From positions 23,630 to 87,629 of the forward strand of contig CAMFJD010000005.1 in assembly GCA_945956935.1 (NCBI GenBank): 64,000 nt of DNA. The letters run 5' to 3'. The notes under the pieces were generated by a model. The model searched no databases, was not told the origin of the DNA, and saw nothing but the letters and a program-made list of their open reading frames with translations. Made by a program: the position numbers and the translations under genes. Position 1 is the stretch's first letter. Each line of letters begins with the position of its first letter. Below, piece by piece: positions 1-8,811 of this stretch. The stretch comes from an uncultured Bacillota bacterium. GTDB lineage: Bacteria; Bacillota_I; Bacilli_A; Culicoidibacterales; ZOR0006.

Positions 1-314
1 TGACTATTTTAGTTGGATTAATTACACTTGTTGCAGCTATTTCAGTAAGTGTCATTGGATTTTTTATTAAGTTACGTTATGGGTTTGCTGAATATATTTT
101 AATCGAAAATCCGACACTTAATCCAAAAGAGTGTATTGAAGAGAGTAAACGACTTATGCAAGGGCGTTATGTAGAGTTAGTTGTATTCTATTTCAGTTTC
201 TTTGGTTGGTTTTTACTCAGTACGGTAACATTTGGTTTAGCATCGTTATTTACAATTCCATATTTACTGACAGCCTATGCTGGAGTTTATGACTCACTCA
301 AAAATCAAAAGTAA
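1..314 (+). CDS. DUF975-family membrane protein, 5'-truncated by window edge
   Basis: Hand translation from nt 3 is open to TAA at 312-314 (...KLRYGFAEYILIENP..KECIEESKRLMQGRYVELVVFYFSFFGWFLLSTVTFGLASLFTIPYLLTAYAGVYDSL). It aligns by eye with the C-terminal half of ORF 1454-2188. Absent from the ORF track. Confidence 0.8.
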   Translation, partial: TILVGLITLVAAISVSVIGFFIKLRYGFAEYILIENPTLNPKECIEESKRLMQGRYVELVVFYFSFFGWFLLSTVTFGLASLFTIPYLLTAYAGVYDSLKNQK

Positions 315-326
315 CTATATATAAAT

Positions 327-362
327 AAGGCAAGCATATATTCATGTATGTTTGCTTTTTTT
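327..362 (+). terminator. Intrinsic terminator
   Basis: GCAAGCATATA-TTCA-TGTATGTTTGC stem (G-U pairs) followed by a T run. Confidence 0.7.
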
Positions 363-506
363 ATTGTGTAAAAGCACATAATAAGTATGAATTTGATGAA
401 GAGACGCTAAAACATCTCACAAATAATGGTGAATTTTTCAACAAAACCTTGTTTTCACTTGTACACTGATGTACAATAGGAAAAAAATTGGAAGTAGGGA
501 AGTAGT

Positions 507-1334
507 ATGGAAGGACTGACAAAATTACAACAAAAACGCTTTATTCTCATTGGGCTTGGAGGGCTACTCGCAATTTTTATTGCATTTTTTGCTCAAAATA
601 TCAATCAAATTATTTGGACTGGATTGAGTGAAGGGTTGCAACAAATTAGTACAGTGATTGGCCTAGATAATTTGACATCGCTTGGAGATGTTATTTTGTG
701 GACAATGGTTACGGCGATGAGTTGGAAAATTGGGCTGACAGTATTAGGGTATATTTTATTTATTATTGTTGGATTTGTGATTGTTGGACAATACCGTAAA
801 ACGTTACGTCAACAACGTTTAAAACCACAGTGGTATGATGTGTTATTTGAATGGCTTATTGGACTTTTGAGTATTGTACCACTGATTATTTTTATCGTGA
901 GTTTTCTTTTATTTGGGGTGTATGCATTTAATGTTGTACAGGCATTAAACCACTTAAGTTCAACACCACTAGAACCCATTTTAACTGCTTGGAATGATTT
1001 GATCAGTATTTTAAATGGATTTACATTCAATGCAGATACATTGAAAAAAATTATCGATCTTGTACCACAATTGACTTCGGCATTTGCGAATGTGGGTGAC
1101 TTAGCAACGATTTGGAATCAAAGTGTCTTATTTGTTCAACAACTACAAGTAGCCAATACAACATTAGAACTTGTCAAATATAGTGGAGTCATTCTTGTTC
1201 TGATGTTGGATGCATGGATCGTGTATAGTTTTGTACAAGGGTATGATGAGATGTTACCAGAAAATCCAGATGTTCTTGTACAAGATAATGTTCCGGATAA
1301 TTTGAATGTAACGGATACGGAACCGAAATTGTAA
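507..1334 (+). CDS. Hypothetical multi-pass membrane protein
   Basis: 275-aa ORF with about 4 hydrophobic segments, a helical soluble stretch and an acidic tail; purine-rich SD upstream; own terminator; no recognisable motif. Confidence 0.7.
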   Translation: MEGLTKLQQKRFILIGLGGLLAIFIAFFAQNINQIIWTGLSEGLQQISTVIGLDNLTSLGDVILWTMVTAMSWKIGLTVLGYILFIIVGFVIVGQYRKTLRQQRLKPQWYDVLFEWLIGLLSIVPLIIFIVSFLLFGVYAFNVVQALNHLSSTPLEPILTAWNDLISILNGFTFNADTLKKIIDLVPQLTSAFANVGDLATIWNQSVLFVQQLQVANTTLELVKYSGVILVLMLDAWIVYSFVQGYDEMLPENPDVLVQDNVPDNLNVTDTEPKL

Positions 1335-1336
1335 TA

Positions 1337-1366
1337 AGAGGGCACCAATAAGTTGGTGCCCTTTTC
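1337..1366 (+). terminator. Intrinsic terminator
   Basis: AGGGCACCAA-TAAG-TTGGTGCCCT perfect 10-bp stem followed by TTT. Confidence 0.8.
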
Positions 1367-1453
1367 TCAAATGAGAGTTATGGAGTAAACAGGGGAATTG
1401 ATGATATATCACGTGATTGTATTGAAAATAGTAAAAACAAAGGGGGAATTATA

Positions 1454-2188
1454 ATGAAGATAACAAGAAAAGAAATAAAGCTGACTGCAAAACAAAAACT
1501 CATGAAAGATCCATGGCCAATTATAGGTATGGTTTGTATTCCACTTATGGCAATCGTAGGTTTTGATCAGACGTTATTTTATATGAGTGATACAATATTT
1601 ACGAGTATTATTACAATGGTCGTTCAAACGGTTGTTGTGTTTGGGATTACTCGAGTATGTATGAATATGATGCATGATGAGAAATTATCGTGGAGTGATT
1701 TGTTATATGGGTTGTATCACTTGAAATCGGTGCTCGTATTAGGGATTGTTATTATTTTAAAGACAATTCTTTGGCTATGTATCCCAACAGTTATTTTTGT
1801 AGCATTATCGACAATGAGTTTTATGTCGATGATACAGGATGTCTCAAGTGCTAGTATAATTTTAGGAATTGTGTTATTTCTATCAATGTTGCTATACATG
1901 TGTGTGATTATCTTTGTCACGATTCGCTATATGTTTGCATCGTATATATTGATTCATGACCCATCAAAACGCATAAAAGTATGTATTCAAGAAGGAAAGG
2001 AACTAGTGAAAGGAAAATACGTACAAATGTTCTTGTTTGAATGGAGTTTTTTCTGGTGGTTATTACTAGGAGTTGCTACTCTTGGAATTGGGCTACTATT
2101 TACTATTCCATATATGATGTTATCATATGTTGGAGTGTATGATGCATTAGTGCAAGAACAAACTAAGAAAAAAACGATTGAAGTATAA
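1454..2188 (+). CDS. DUF975-family membrane protein
   Basis: N-terminal RKEIKLTAKQKL, several TM helices, C-terminal RYMFASYILIHDP...FEWSFFWWLLLGVATLGIGLLFTIPY pattern typical of DUF975; SD AGGGG. Confidence 0.75.
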   Translation: MKITRKEIKLTAKQKLMKDPWPIIGMVCIPLMAIVGFDQTLFYMSDTIFTSIITMVVQTVVVFGITRVCMNMMHDEKLSWSDLLYGLYHLKSVLVLGIVIILKTILWLCIPTVIFVALSTMSFMSMIQDVSSASIILGIVLFLSMLLYMCVIIFVTIRYMFASYILIHDPSKRIKVCIQEGKELVKGKYVQMFLFEWSFFWWLLLGVATLGIGLLFTIPYMMLSYVGVYDALVQEQTKKKTIEV

Positions 2189-2266
2189 AAAAACACGGAG
2201 GAAGTGCAGTAAATCTATTATTTGGATACCAATAATGTGATTTACCACCGAAACTCCGTGTTTTTC

Positions 2267-3418
2267 TTATGATTTTTTTGTAATATGCGGATAAAAGAAT
2301 AATGTGAATATGAAAGCAATTGCCATGAGCGATCCTGTCATTGTAAAGATGAAAGCGATGCCGAATTGCTCGAAAATGAATCCAGCAATCAAAGTACATA
2401 GAAAAGCACTGAGACCAGCAGAAATGGTTGCTCTGAATGTACTGACTGTTGTTAAAATATGAGGTTCAAAATGAGTAGATAAAAATTGATAAATAGCTGA
2501 AATTGAAATTGGGAAGATAAGCCCTTGTAAAAACATTCCAATCATGACGATTGACCAGTGTGGCGCAAAGAAAAAGAGTAATTGTGCAGTAAACATAACG
2601 AGAATAACGAGTAAAAAAGCACGCTTTAAGCCAAGATAACCGATAACACGGCCTGAAAAATTAAAACTAAAAATTTCAAGTAATGTTGGAATAAACATGG
2701 CAATTCCAATGAGTGTTGCAACAGCACCTAAATCAGTTAACCGTAATGCTAAGTAATTACCCGTTGTGATTCCAACACCTCCTAAAAAAATTGATAAAAT
2801 AGAGATGAAGAGAAAATGTTTATTGTGAAATAGACGCCCAAGCTCTCCCCATTCAAATTTAGTTGTTGTTTGTGTTTGATAATTGGGAAAACGACCGACC
2901 ATAATTCCAGCAATAATCATTAAAATAGCAAAAATAGTAAAAGCGGTTTGAAATCCACCGAGAAATTGGATAATTACCCCAAGTGTTAATGAACCAACGC
3001 CCCACGCAATAGATCCGAACCAGCGAACTTTTCCATATTCAACAGTATCAATGTGTCGTGATGCTTCAATGATAGTCGTATCAGCTAAAGTGAAAATTGG
3101 CTCTAAAAATAAAGCGAAAGTGAAAACAAGAAGTAAGAGTGGGAAAAATCCTTCTGTATTTGAGAGAAGAAGTGATCCAATAGAAGAAGCAAAGAAAAGC
3201 AATTGTAAAATTCGTTTTCGATTTTGAAAACGATCAGCAATGACCCCAATAATTGGTTGGCTCACCATTGCAGCAAAGGAAATTGTTGCTAAAATAATTC
3301 CAATTTCGCTTCCAGATAATCCTTTTGATTCAAGAAAAATAGAAGTTTGGGAGAAAAACAAGGCAGCACACAGAAAGAAAACAGTATAAAAAATACGATA
3401 ATACCAAAGTTGTTTCAT
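2267..3418 (-). CDS. MFS transporter (LacY/MFS_1-like sugar or nucleoside permease)
   Basis: 383 aa, about 12 TM; motif A-like GVIADRFQNRK; YGKVRWFGSIAWG in the LacY/NHS-type position. Confidence 0.8.
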   Translation of the reverse strand: MKQLWYYRIFYTVFFLCAALFFSQTSIFLESKGLSGSEIGIILATISFAAMVSQPIIGVIADRFQNRKRILQLLFFASSIGSLLLSNTEGFFPLLLLVFTFALFLEPIFTLADTTIIEASRHIDTVEYGKVRWFGSIAWGVGSLTLGVIIQFLGGFQTAFTIFAILMIIAGIMVGRFPNYQTQTTTKFEWGELGRLFHNKHFLFISILSIFLGGVGITTGNYLALRLTDLGAVATLIGIAMFIPTLLEIFSFNFSGRVIGYLGLKRAFLLVILVMFTAQLLFFFAPHWSIVMIGMFLQGLIFPISISAIYQFLSTHFEPHILTTVSTFRATISAGLSAFLCTLIAGFIFEQFGIAFIFTMTGSLMAIAFIFTLFFYPHITKKS

Positions 3419-3455
3419 AAATAAAAGCTCCGTTCTTGTATAAATAAATATAGCT

Positions 3456-3515
3456 AGTACCGTTTACAAATTGTATGTGTAATTATTAATGTAAACGTTT
3501 TAATTGTAAACGTTT
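3456..3515. promoter_or_regulatory. Three LacI/CcpA-type operator-like sites upstream of the MFS gene
   Basis: TGTAAACGTTT at 3490-3500 and 3505-3515, plus reverse-strand TGTAAACGGTAC at 3457-3468; resembles the cre consensus TGWAANCGNTNWCA. Confidence 0.5.
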
Positions 3516-3775
3516 GTTTAGCGAAGAACAAGTGTTATTATTTATTTCACTAAAATTCAGAAGGGAGTATGTGTCCGACTGTTGAAAAGAATAGTAAATA
3601 ATGCTATGTTGATCAAACGTATTTTCAACTAATAAAAAATATTAAAGTAGCTGAAATGGTTACCATTCGTTACATTTCGTGGTATGATAAGCGTGAAAGT
3701 CTTAAGCGGCTTACTAATAAAAAGATAACTGCTTAGAAACCTAGAGACAGAGGTAATGAAAGGTGGGAATATACA

Positions 3776-4252
3776 ATGCTAACAATCGATTTTGGCCAAC
3801 AAATTGATGGCGATTATACAAAAGAAGAGCAATTTATTACACAACTTTTAATGAAATTGATTGAAATGGAGCAATTGAGTGAAGATAACCTTGAAGTGAG
3901 TATTACTTTGATGAATAATACCCAAATTCAAGAAATAAATCGTGACTATCGTGGAAAAAATCAACCAACAGATGTGATTTCCTTTGCTTTTGAAGACAAC
4001 GATGATGAATTCCCAATTTTTGGTATGAACGAAGAGATTCCTCGTGTACTTGGCGATATTTTTATTTCGCTTGAACGTGGGAGAGAACAAGCAAATGAAT
4101 ACGGGCATAGTTTTGAACGAGAATTAGGCTTTTTAGCTGTTCATGGATTTTTGCATTTGCTTGGCTATGATCACATGAATGAAGCAGAAGAAAAGATTAT
4201 GTTTACAAAGCAAGAAGCTGTTCTACAAGCGTTTGATTTGCAACGTAGATAG
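3776..4252 (+). CDS. ybeY: rRNA maturation endoribonuclease YbeY
   Basis: NRDYRGKNQPTDVISF, LGDIFIS and HGFLHLLGYDH zinc motif. Confidence 0.95.
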   Translation: MLTIDFGQQIDGDYTKEEQFITQLLMKLIEMEQLSEDNLEVSITLMNNTQIQEINRDYRGKNQPTDVISFAFEDNDDEFPIFGMNEEIPRVLGDIFISLERGREQANEYGHSFERELGFLAVHGFLHLLGYDHMNEAEEKIMFTKQEAVLQAFDLQRR

Positions 4253-4357
4253 TGTGAAGATGAATAGAAAATAAGAAAGGAAGTCGATTTGTTTACATAA
4301 ATTATTGCTAAATGCATACGCATTGCTAAGAATAAAACAAATTGATACTGAGAACAT

Positions 4358-4756
4358 ATGGATTATCAACATTTAATTACAGCTGCAGTGAAGGCATTAG
4401 AGCACACGTATTCACCATATTCAAAATTTCGTGTAGGTGCAGCATTGCTATTAAAAGATGGGACAATTGTACTAGGAGCAAATATTGAAAATATCTCATT
4501 TGGTGCTACAAATTGTGCTGAACGTAGCGCGATTTTTTCAGCATTAAGCCAGGGATATAAAGCGAGTGATTTTGTGGCTCTTGCAGTGACTGGTGATACA
4601 GAAGAGCCAATTGCTCCGTGTTGTATTTGCCGTCAAGTACTTGTTGAGTTTTTTAAACCAACGACACCAATCATTTTACATACAACAAAAACAAATAAAC
4701 AAAAAGTTGTTACGCTCGGAGATCTTGCACCGTATAGTTTTTCAAGTTTTGAATAA
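4358..4756 (+). CDS. cdd: Cytidine deaminase (homotetrameric type)
   Basis: YSPYSKFRVGAAL, CAERSA and PCCICRQ zinc-binding motifs; 132 aa. Confidence 0.95.
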   Translation: MDYQHLITAAVKALEHTYSPYSKFRVGAALLLKDGTIVLGANIENISFGATNCAERSAIFSALSQGYKASDFVALAVTGDTEEPIAPCCICRQVLVEFFKPTTPIILHTTKTNKQKVVTLGDLAPYSFSSFE

Positions 4757-4840
4757 TACCATTTAAAAAATACTGGCTTTCGCGAGTGTTTTTTACTATG
4801 TTATAAAACAAATATGAACGAGTAGAGAGGGGGACAGTGA

Positions 4841-5677
4841 ATGAAAAAATTGAGTCTGGGTATATGTATTGTTTGCATAGTGGGAGCAATATATGTCTAT
4901 TGGCAAAACAACAGTTTAGTTATCAGTATGTATGAATATCGAAATCAGCAAATTGCAATTGAGTTTGAAGGGTTTAAAATTGTACAATTAAGTGATTTGC
5001 ACAATCATAGTTTTGGAGATAAACAACAACAATTAGTTGAACAAGTCAATCGAATTAATCCAGATATCATTGTTTTTACAGGTGATATTATTGATTCATA
5101 TAGAACAAATTTTCAAAATGCATATGATGCGGTTGAAGAACTGCAGAAACTTGCTCCAGTCTATTATACTGCTGGGAATCATGAAGCACGAATCATGGCG
5201 TATCCTGAATTTGAGCAAGGGTTATTGAAACGAGGTGTCCATGTATTACGAAATGAAATTGCGTTGTTGGAGCGTGGTGATGCAACTATTTCCCTCATCG
5301 GCTTAGATGATGCTGATTTCTTTGGGAATGATGAGCTTGGATTGAAGCGAGGAATGGTAACAAAATTAAATCAGTTACAAGCAGCAGTGAATAGTAATTT
5401 CTATGTTTTGCTTAGCCATCGACCGGACTATTTTGAGTGGTATATAAGTGAATCAGTTCCACTCACCTTGAGCGGACATGCTCATGGTGGACAGGTGCGC
5501 GTGCCTTTTACAGATGGATTATTTGCACCTGGTCAAGGGTTTTTCCCAAGCTATACGAGTGGGATGCATACACAAGAGGAATCAACACTTATTATTAGTC
5601 GCGGTTTAGGGAATAGTATTTTCCCAATTCGTGTGCAAAATCGACCGGAGATTGTTGTTGTCACATTACACAGATAG
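4841..5677 (+). CDS. Membrane-anchored metallophosphoesterase (calcineurin-like, YkuE-type)
   Basis: SDLH, GDIID, GNHE, LSH and GHAH motifs; N-terminal TM segment. Confidence 0.88.
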   Translation: MKKLSLGICIVCIVGAIYVYWQNNSLVISMYEYRNQQIAIEFEGFKIVQLSDLHNHSFGDKQQQLVEQVNRINPDIIVFTGDIIDSYRTNFQNAYDAVEELQKLAPVYYTAGNHEARIMAYPEFEQGLLKRGVHVLRNEIALLERGDATISLIGLDDADFFGNDELGLKRGMVTKLNQLQAAVNSNFYVLLSHRPDYFEWYISESVPLTLSGHAHGGQVRVPFTDGLFAPGQGFFPSYTSGMHTQEESTLIISRGLGNSIFPIRVQNRPEIVVVTLHR

Positions 5678-5790
5678 TAGGTATAGGGAATGTGAAAATG
5701 GATGTTGTTTATCCATTTTTTTCTTTAAATGATTCAGTCAAGTATATTTCCTTTTCCTGTAGTTTCTTTTTTGGTACTCAGCGAGTAAAA

Positions 5791-5827
5791 AGTGCGTACT
5801 TCACACACTCGTTTGATTTGATATACT
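5791..5827 (+). promoter_or_regulatory. Promoter with AGTGCGTACTT motif overlapping the -35
   Basis: AGTGCGTACTT at 5791-5801, whose last TT begins TTCACA; TATACT at 5822-5827 (16-nt spacer). Confidence 0.55.
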
Positions 5828-5860
5828 TAAAAACGCAGGATTTATAAGGAGGAATATAGC

Positions 5861-6370
5861 ATGAAAAATACACAAGCATATCCACGTGCATTTTCACATA
5901 TCGGTTTATCAGTGCCAGATATTCATATGGCAGTGCAATTTTATACGGAGGTGATGGGTTGGTACATAGTTATGGGACCAACAACAGTCGTTGAAGAAAC
6001 AGACACAGCGATTGGTATTATGTGTCAAGATGTTTTTGGTGTAGGCTATGAGAATTTTGACATTGCACATTTAGTAACTTCAGATGGCATTGGTGTCGAA
6101 TTATTTTCTTTCCAAGATTATGTGAAACCGGAAAATAATTTGACTTTCCGTCAAATCGGTGTTTTTCATTTTTCGGTACAAGATCCAGATATTGAAGGAA
6201 TGGTAGCGAAAATTGTGGAACATGGTGGAAAACAACGTATGCCGATTCGCGAATATTATCCGAATGAACAACCATATAAAATGTGTTATGTAGAAGATCC
6301 GTTTGGAATTGTTTTTGAGGTGTATACACATAGTTATGAACGTACATACTCACAAGGTACATATAATTGA
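5861..6370 (+). CDS. VOC/glyoxalase (lactoylglutathione lyase-like) family protein
   Basis: FSHIGLSVPD, GVELFSF, FHFSVQDPD and EDPFGIVFEVY metal-binding pattern; SD AGGAGG. Confidence 0.85.
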   Translation: MKNTQAYPRAFSHIGLSVPDIHMAVQFYTEVMGWYIVMGPTTVVEETDTAIGIMCQDVFGVGYENFDIAHLVTSDGIGVELFSFQDYVKPENNLTFRQIGVFHFSVQDPDIEGMVAKIVEHGGKQRMPIREYYPNEQPYKMCYVEDPFGIVFEVYTHSYERTYSQGTYN

Positions 6371-6377
6371 GTATAAT

Positions 6378-6413
6378 AAAAAGCGATTATCCCCTAGGGC
6401 ATAATCGCTTTTT
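6378..6413. terminator. Bidirectional terminator overlapping the hxlR-family stop codon
   Basis: AAAAAGCGATTAT ... ATAATCGCTTTTT 13-bp arms between convergent genes; the regulator's TAG (6394-6396) lies in the loop region. Confidence 0.8.
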
Positions 6414-6765
6414 GAGCCTCATCTTTTGATACAATTGGAATATGTTGCGTTTGAGCATAGTTGATGGACCAATCACAAAGGGATTGAACGATTGGAATTA
6501 AGCGTTCACCTTCTTTGGAGAGTGTATACTCGACTTTTGGGGGAACGATAGGGTAGACAGTTCGAATAATAATACCATGAGCTTCTAGTTCGCGAAGTTG
6601 CTGTGTTAACATCTTTTGGGTTACACCTGGTAAATGACGCTTTATCTCACTAAACCGTTTGGTACCGTCAATGAGGTACCAAAGAATAATGAGTTTCCAT
6701 TTTCCACCAATAATATCAATTCCAAGAGCTAATGAGCAAAAATATTCATCTTTTAAATTTTTCAT
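6394..6765 (-). CDS. HxlR/DUF24-family winged-helix transcriptional regulator
   Basis: N-terminal Cys (YFCSL), IIGGKWKLIIL, RFSEI, TQKMLTQQLRELE and VPPKVEYTLS. Confidence 0.92.
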   Translation of the reverse strand: MKNLKDEYFCSLALGIDIIGGKWKLIILWYLIDGTKRFSEIKRHLPGVTQKMLTQQLRELEAHGIIIRTVYPIVPPKVEYTLSKEGERLIPIVQSLCDWSINYAQTQHIPIVSKDEAQKAIMP

Positions 6766-6812
6766 AAATTAAGACTCCTTATAGTATCATTTTAGTAACT
6801 ATGGATTAAAAT

Positions 6813-6850
6813 AGTGCGTACTTGCCTTGACACTGTAGTGTTTGTATACT
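6813..6850 (+). promoter_or_regulatory. Promoter with second AGTGCGTACTT motif overlapping the -35
   Basis: AGTGCGTACTT at 6813-6823; TTGCCT 6822-6827, 17 nt, TATACT 6845-6850. Confidence 0.6.
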
Positions 6851-6935
6851 GAACTATAACGGAAATATACATGTTTGACAAGTCATAAAATAATGAATAT
6901 TTTGATGTGTACGAACAATGTTTGGAGGGAAAGAT

Positions 6936-7763
6936 ATGCAAAAACGACCAGAATTACAATTAGTTAATGGAGTTGTTATGCCACAAGTTGGATTTGGGAC
7001 ATTTAAAGTAGAAGAAGGAAAGCAAGTCGTCGATGCAGTTTGCTATGCTTTACAAGCAGGATATCGACATATCGATACAGCAGCGGTATACGGAAATGAA
7101 TCTGGTGTTGGAGCAGCGATTCTTAAAAGTGGATTGCCTAGAAAAGCGATTTTTATTACTAGCAAAGTGTGGAATGCTGATCAAGGATATGATCAGACGC
7201 TGAAAGCATTTGAGCAATCACTGGCAAAATTGGGAGTGGAGTATTTAGATCTATATCTTATTCATTGGCCGAAAACGGCAGCAAAAACTGCCGATACATG
7301 GCGTGCATTAGAAGAGCTTTATATGAATGGAAAAGTACGTGCTATCGGTGTATCTAACTTTAAAGAACACCATCTTACAACGTTGTTTGAAACAGCAAGA
7401 GTAAAACCAATGGTGAATCAAGTTGAATTACATCCTCAATTTTCACAAGCAAAACTGATTGAGTTTTGTCAGCAACATGATATTATTGTGCAAGCATGGG
7501 GACCTTTGATGCAAGGAAAAGTATTTGATATTGCCGTATTAAAAGAATTAGCAATCAAGTATACAAAAAATGTTGCACAAATTGTTCTCCGTTGGCATGT
7601 ACAAAAGGGAATTGCTCCGTTACCAAAATCATTACATCAAGCAAGAATCATTGCTAATTTAGCTGTGTTTGATTTTGAACTATCACAAGCAGATATGCAA
7701 ATAATAGATGCACTTGAAACAGGTGTTAGGATTGGACCAGATCCAGATAAGATTAACTTTTAA
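6936..7763 (+). CDS. Aldo/keto reductase (AKR5/YvgN-like, methylglyoxal-type)
   Basis: GFGTF, IDTAAVYGNE (Asp/Tyr), ITSKVW (Lys), LYLIHWP (His), IGVSNF; start placed at the ATG after SD GGAGG. Confidence 0.92.
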   Translation: MQKRPELQLVNGVVMPQVGFGTFKVEEGKQVVDAVCYALQAGYRHIDTAAVYGNESGVGAAILKSGLPRKAIFITSKVWNADQGYDQTLKAFEQSLAKLGVEYLDLYLIHWPKTAAKTADTWRALEELYMNGKVRAIGVSNFKEHHLTTLFETARVKPMVNQVELHPQFSQAKLIEFCQQHDIIVQAWGPLMQGKVFDIAVLKELAIKYTKNVAQIVLRWHVQKGIAPLPKSLHQARIIANLAVFDFELSQADMQIIDALETGVRIGPDPDKINF

Positions 7764-8034
7764 TATTTATAAGTGTATGTTGTGGATCAGTGTTACCCCA
7801 CAATAAAATGATGTGTGGTAAACCAACAAGTGGGATAGGATACAATTTACACAACGTAGGATTGATTTCTGTAGTAAACAGGAGTCAGTCCTTTTAAATA
7901 TTGCATTGTTGATAGAATCAGTGCTGATCGATTGACTATGTTTGTGCATTTGAATTTCGCTTGCAGCACAAACTTTCGCTACAATCAAGCATTAAAATAA
8001 TAAATCGAACACATCATTTTTTAAAAAACAGCAG

Positions 8035-8077
8035 AAAAAAACTGTATCAATCTGAATGAATTCAAATCGATACAGTT
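8035..8077 (-). terminator. Minus-strand intrinsic terminator
   Basis: 17-bp stem at 8040-8056/8061-8077. Its two + strand mismatches (A8049/C8068, C8052/A8065) become G-U pairs on the - strand; UUCA loop; U tract at 8035-8041. Confidence 0.75.
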
Positions 8078-8541
8078 CATTGTATGCTCGTATTTTTGCT
8101 TTATTGTGTGCATGGCAATACACATACTTTTTGTAAGATGTACGATTAATATATCTACACTAAAAATGGAATGACGTTTATACATAGCGTTCATATACTA
8201 GATGAAATTAGGTGTTTTTCATCTAGTATGCATGCGTAAGGATATGCACGGTAGTCCTAATTTATGGGTATGAATGAGACTCACATATCCAATACATTGC
8301 TGTAGTAATTAAGATATTTGATTATGTTTCGTGTTTTTTTGAGGCAAATAAATATTGTGATAAATATTGTCCTATCTTCGAAGGATTTCTCTCGGTAAAT
8401 AACCCGTTGAGAATGTTTAATACTGTTAAAGCAAAAATAAATAGCGATACATAGTTATGTAATTTTTAATTATAGAAAGAAAAAATTTTGGATTGATACA
8501 CTACTTTTACTCCCCTTATTACCTCCCTTTCCTTATAAGAT
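8035..8541 (-). ncRNA. Putative ~500-nt orphan transcript (sRNA or small-peptide mRNA)
   Basis: Bounded by a sigma-A-like promoter (8548-8576) and a strand-specific terminator; contains SD-like 5' motifs and hairpins but no long ORF. Confidence 0.4.
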
Positions 8542-8547
8542 ACCATT

Positions 8548-8576
8548 AAGTTATCACAATCTGTTGATTTAGTCAA
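8548..8576 (-). promoter_or_regulatory. Sigma-A-like promoter on the minus strand
   Basis: TTGACT (8576-8571), 17 nt, extended TG-n-TAACTT (8553-8548). Confidence 0.5.
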
Positions 8577-8811
8577 ATATTTTACTCACGCTTTTTGTTA
8601 AGTTATCTTGATTGAATCAAAGCGGATTTGAGTGTGTAATCATTTAGCACGGTTGACTTTTATTTTAATAAGCAGTAATAGTTAATTTTCTCCTTTCTCT
8701 AGCTCTGAGGAGTGTGAATTCAATTGAAATGTTAGTAGGTACCGCTCGCTGTTATTTCGGACTGTTTTAGGGTATAATGGTAGTAGGATTTTTTCAAGAG
8801 AGGAACTTTAT

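Noticed and set aside
7767-7988. 73-aa minus-strand ORF
   Set aside because: No SD, no motif, and it lies downstream of the minus-strand terminator at 8035-8077; probably a chance ORF.
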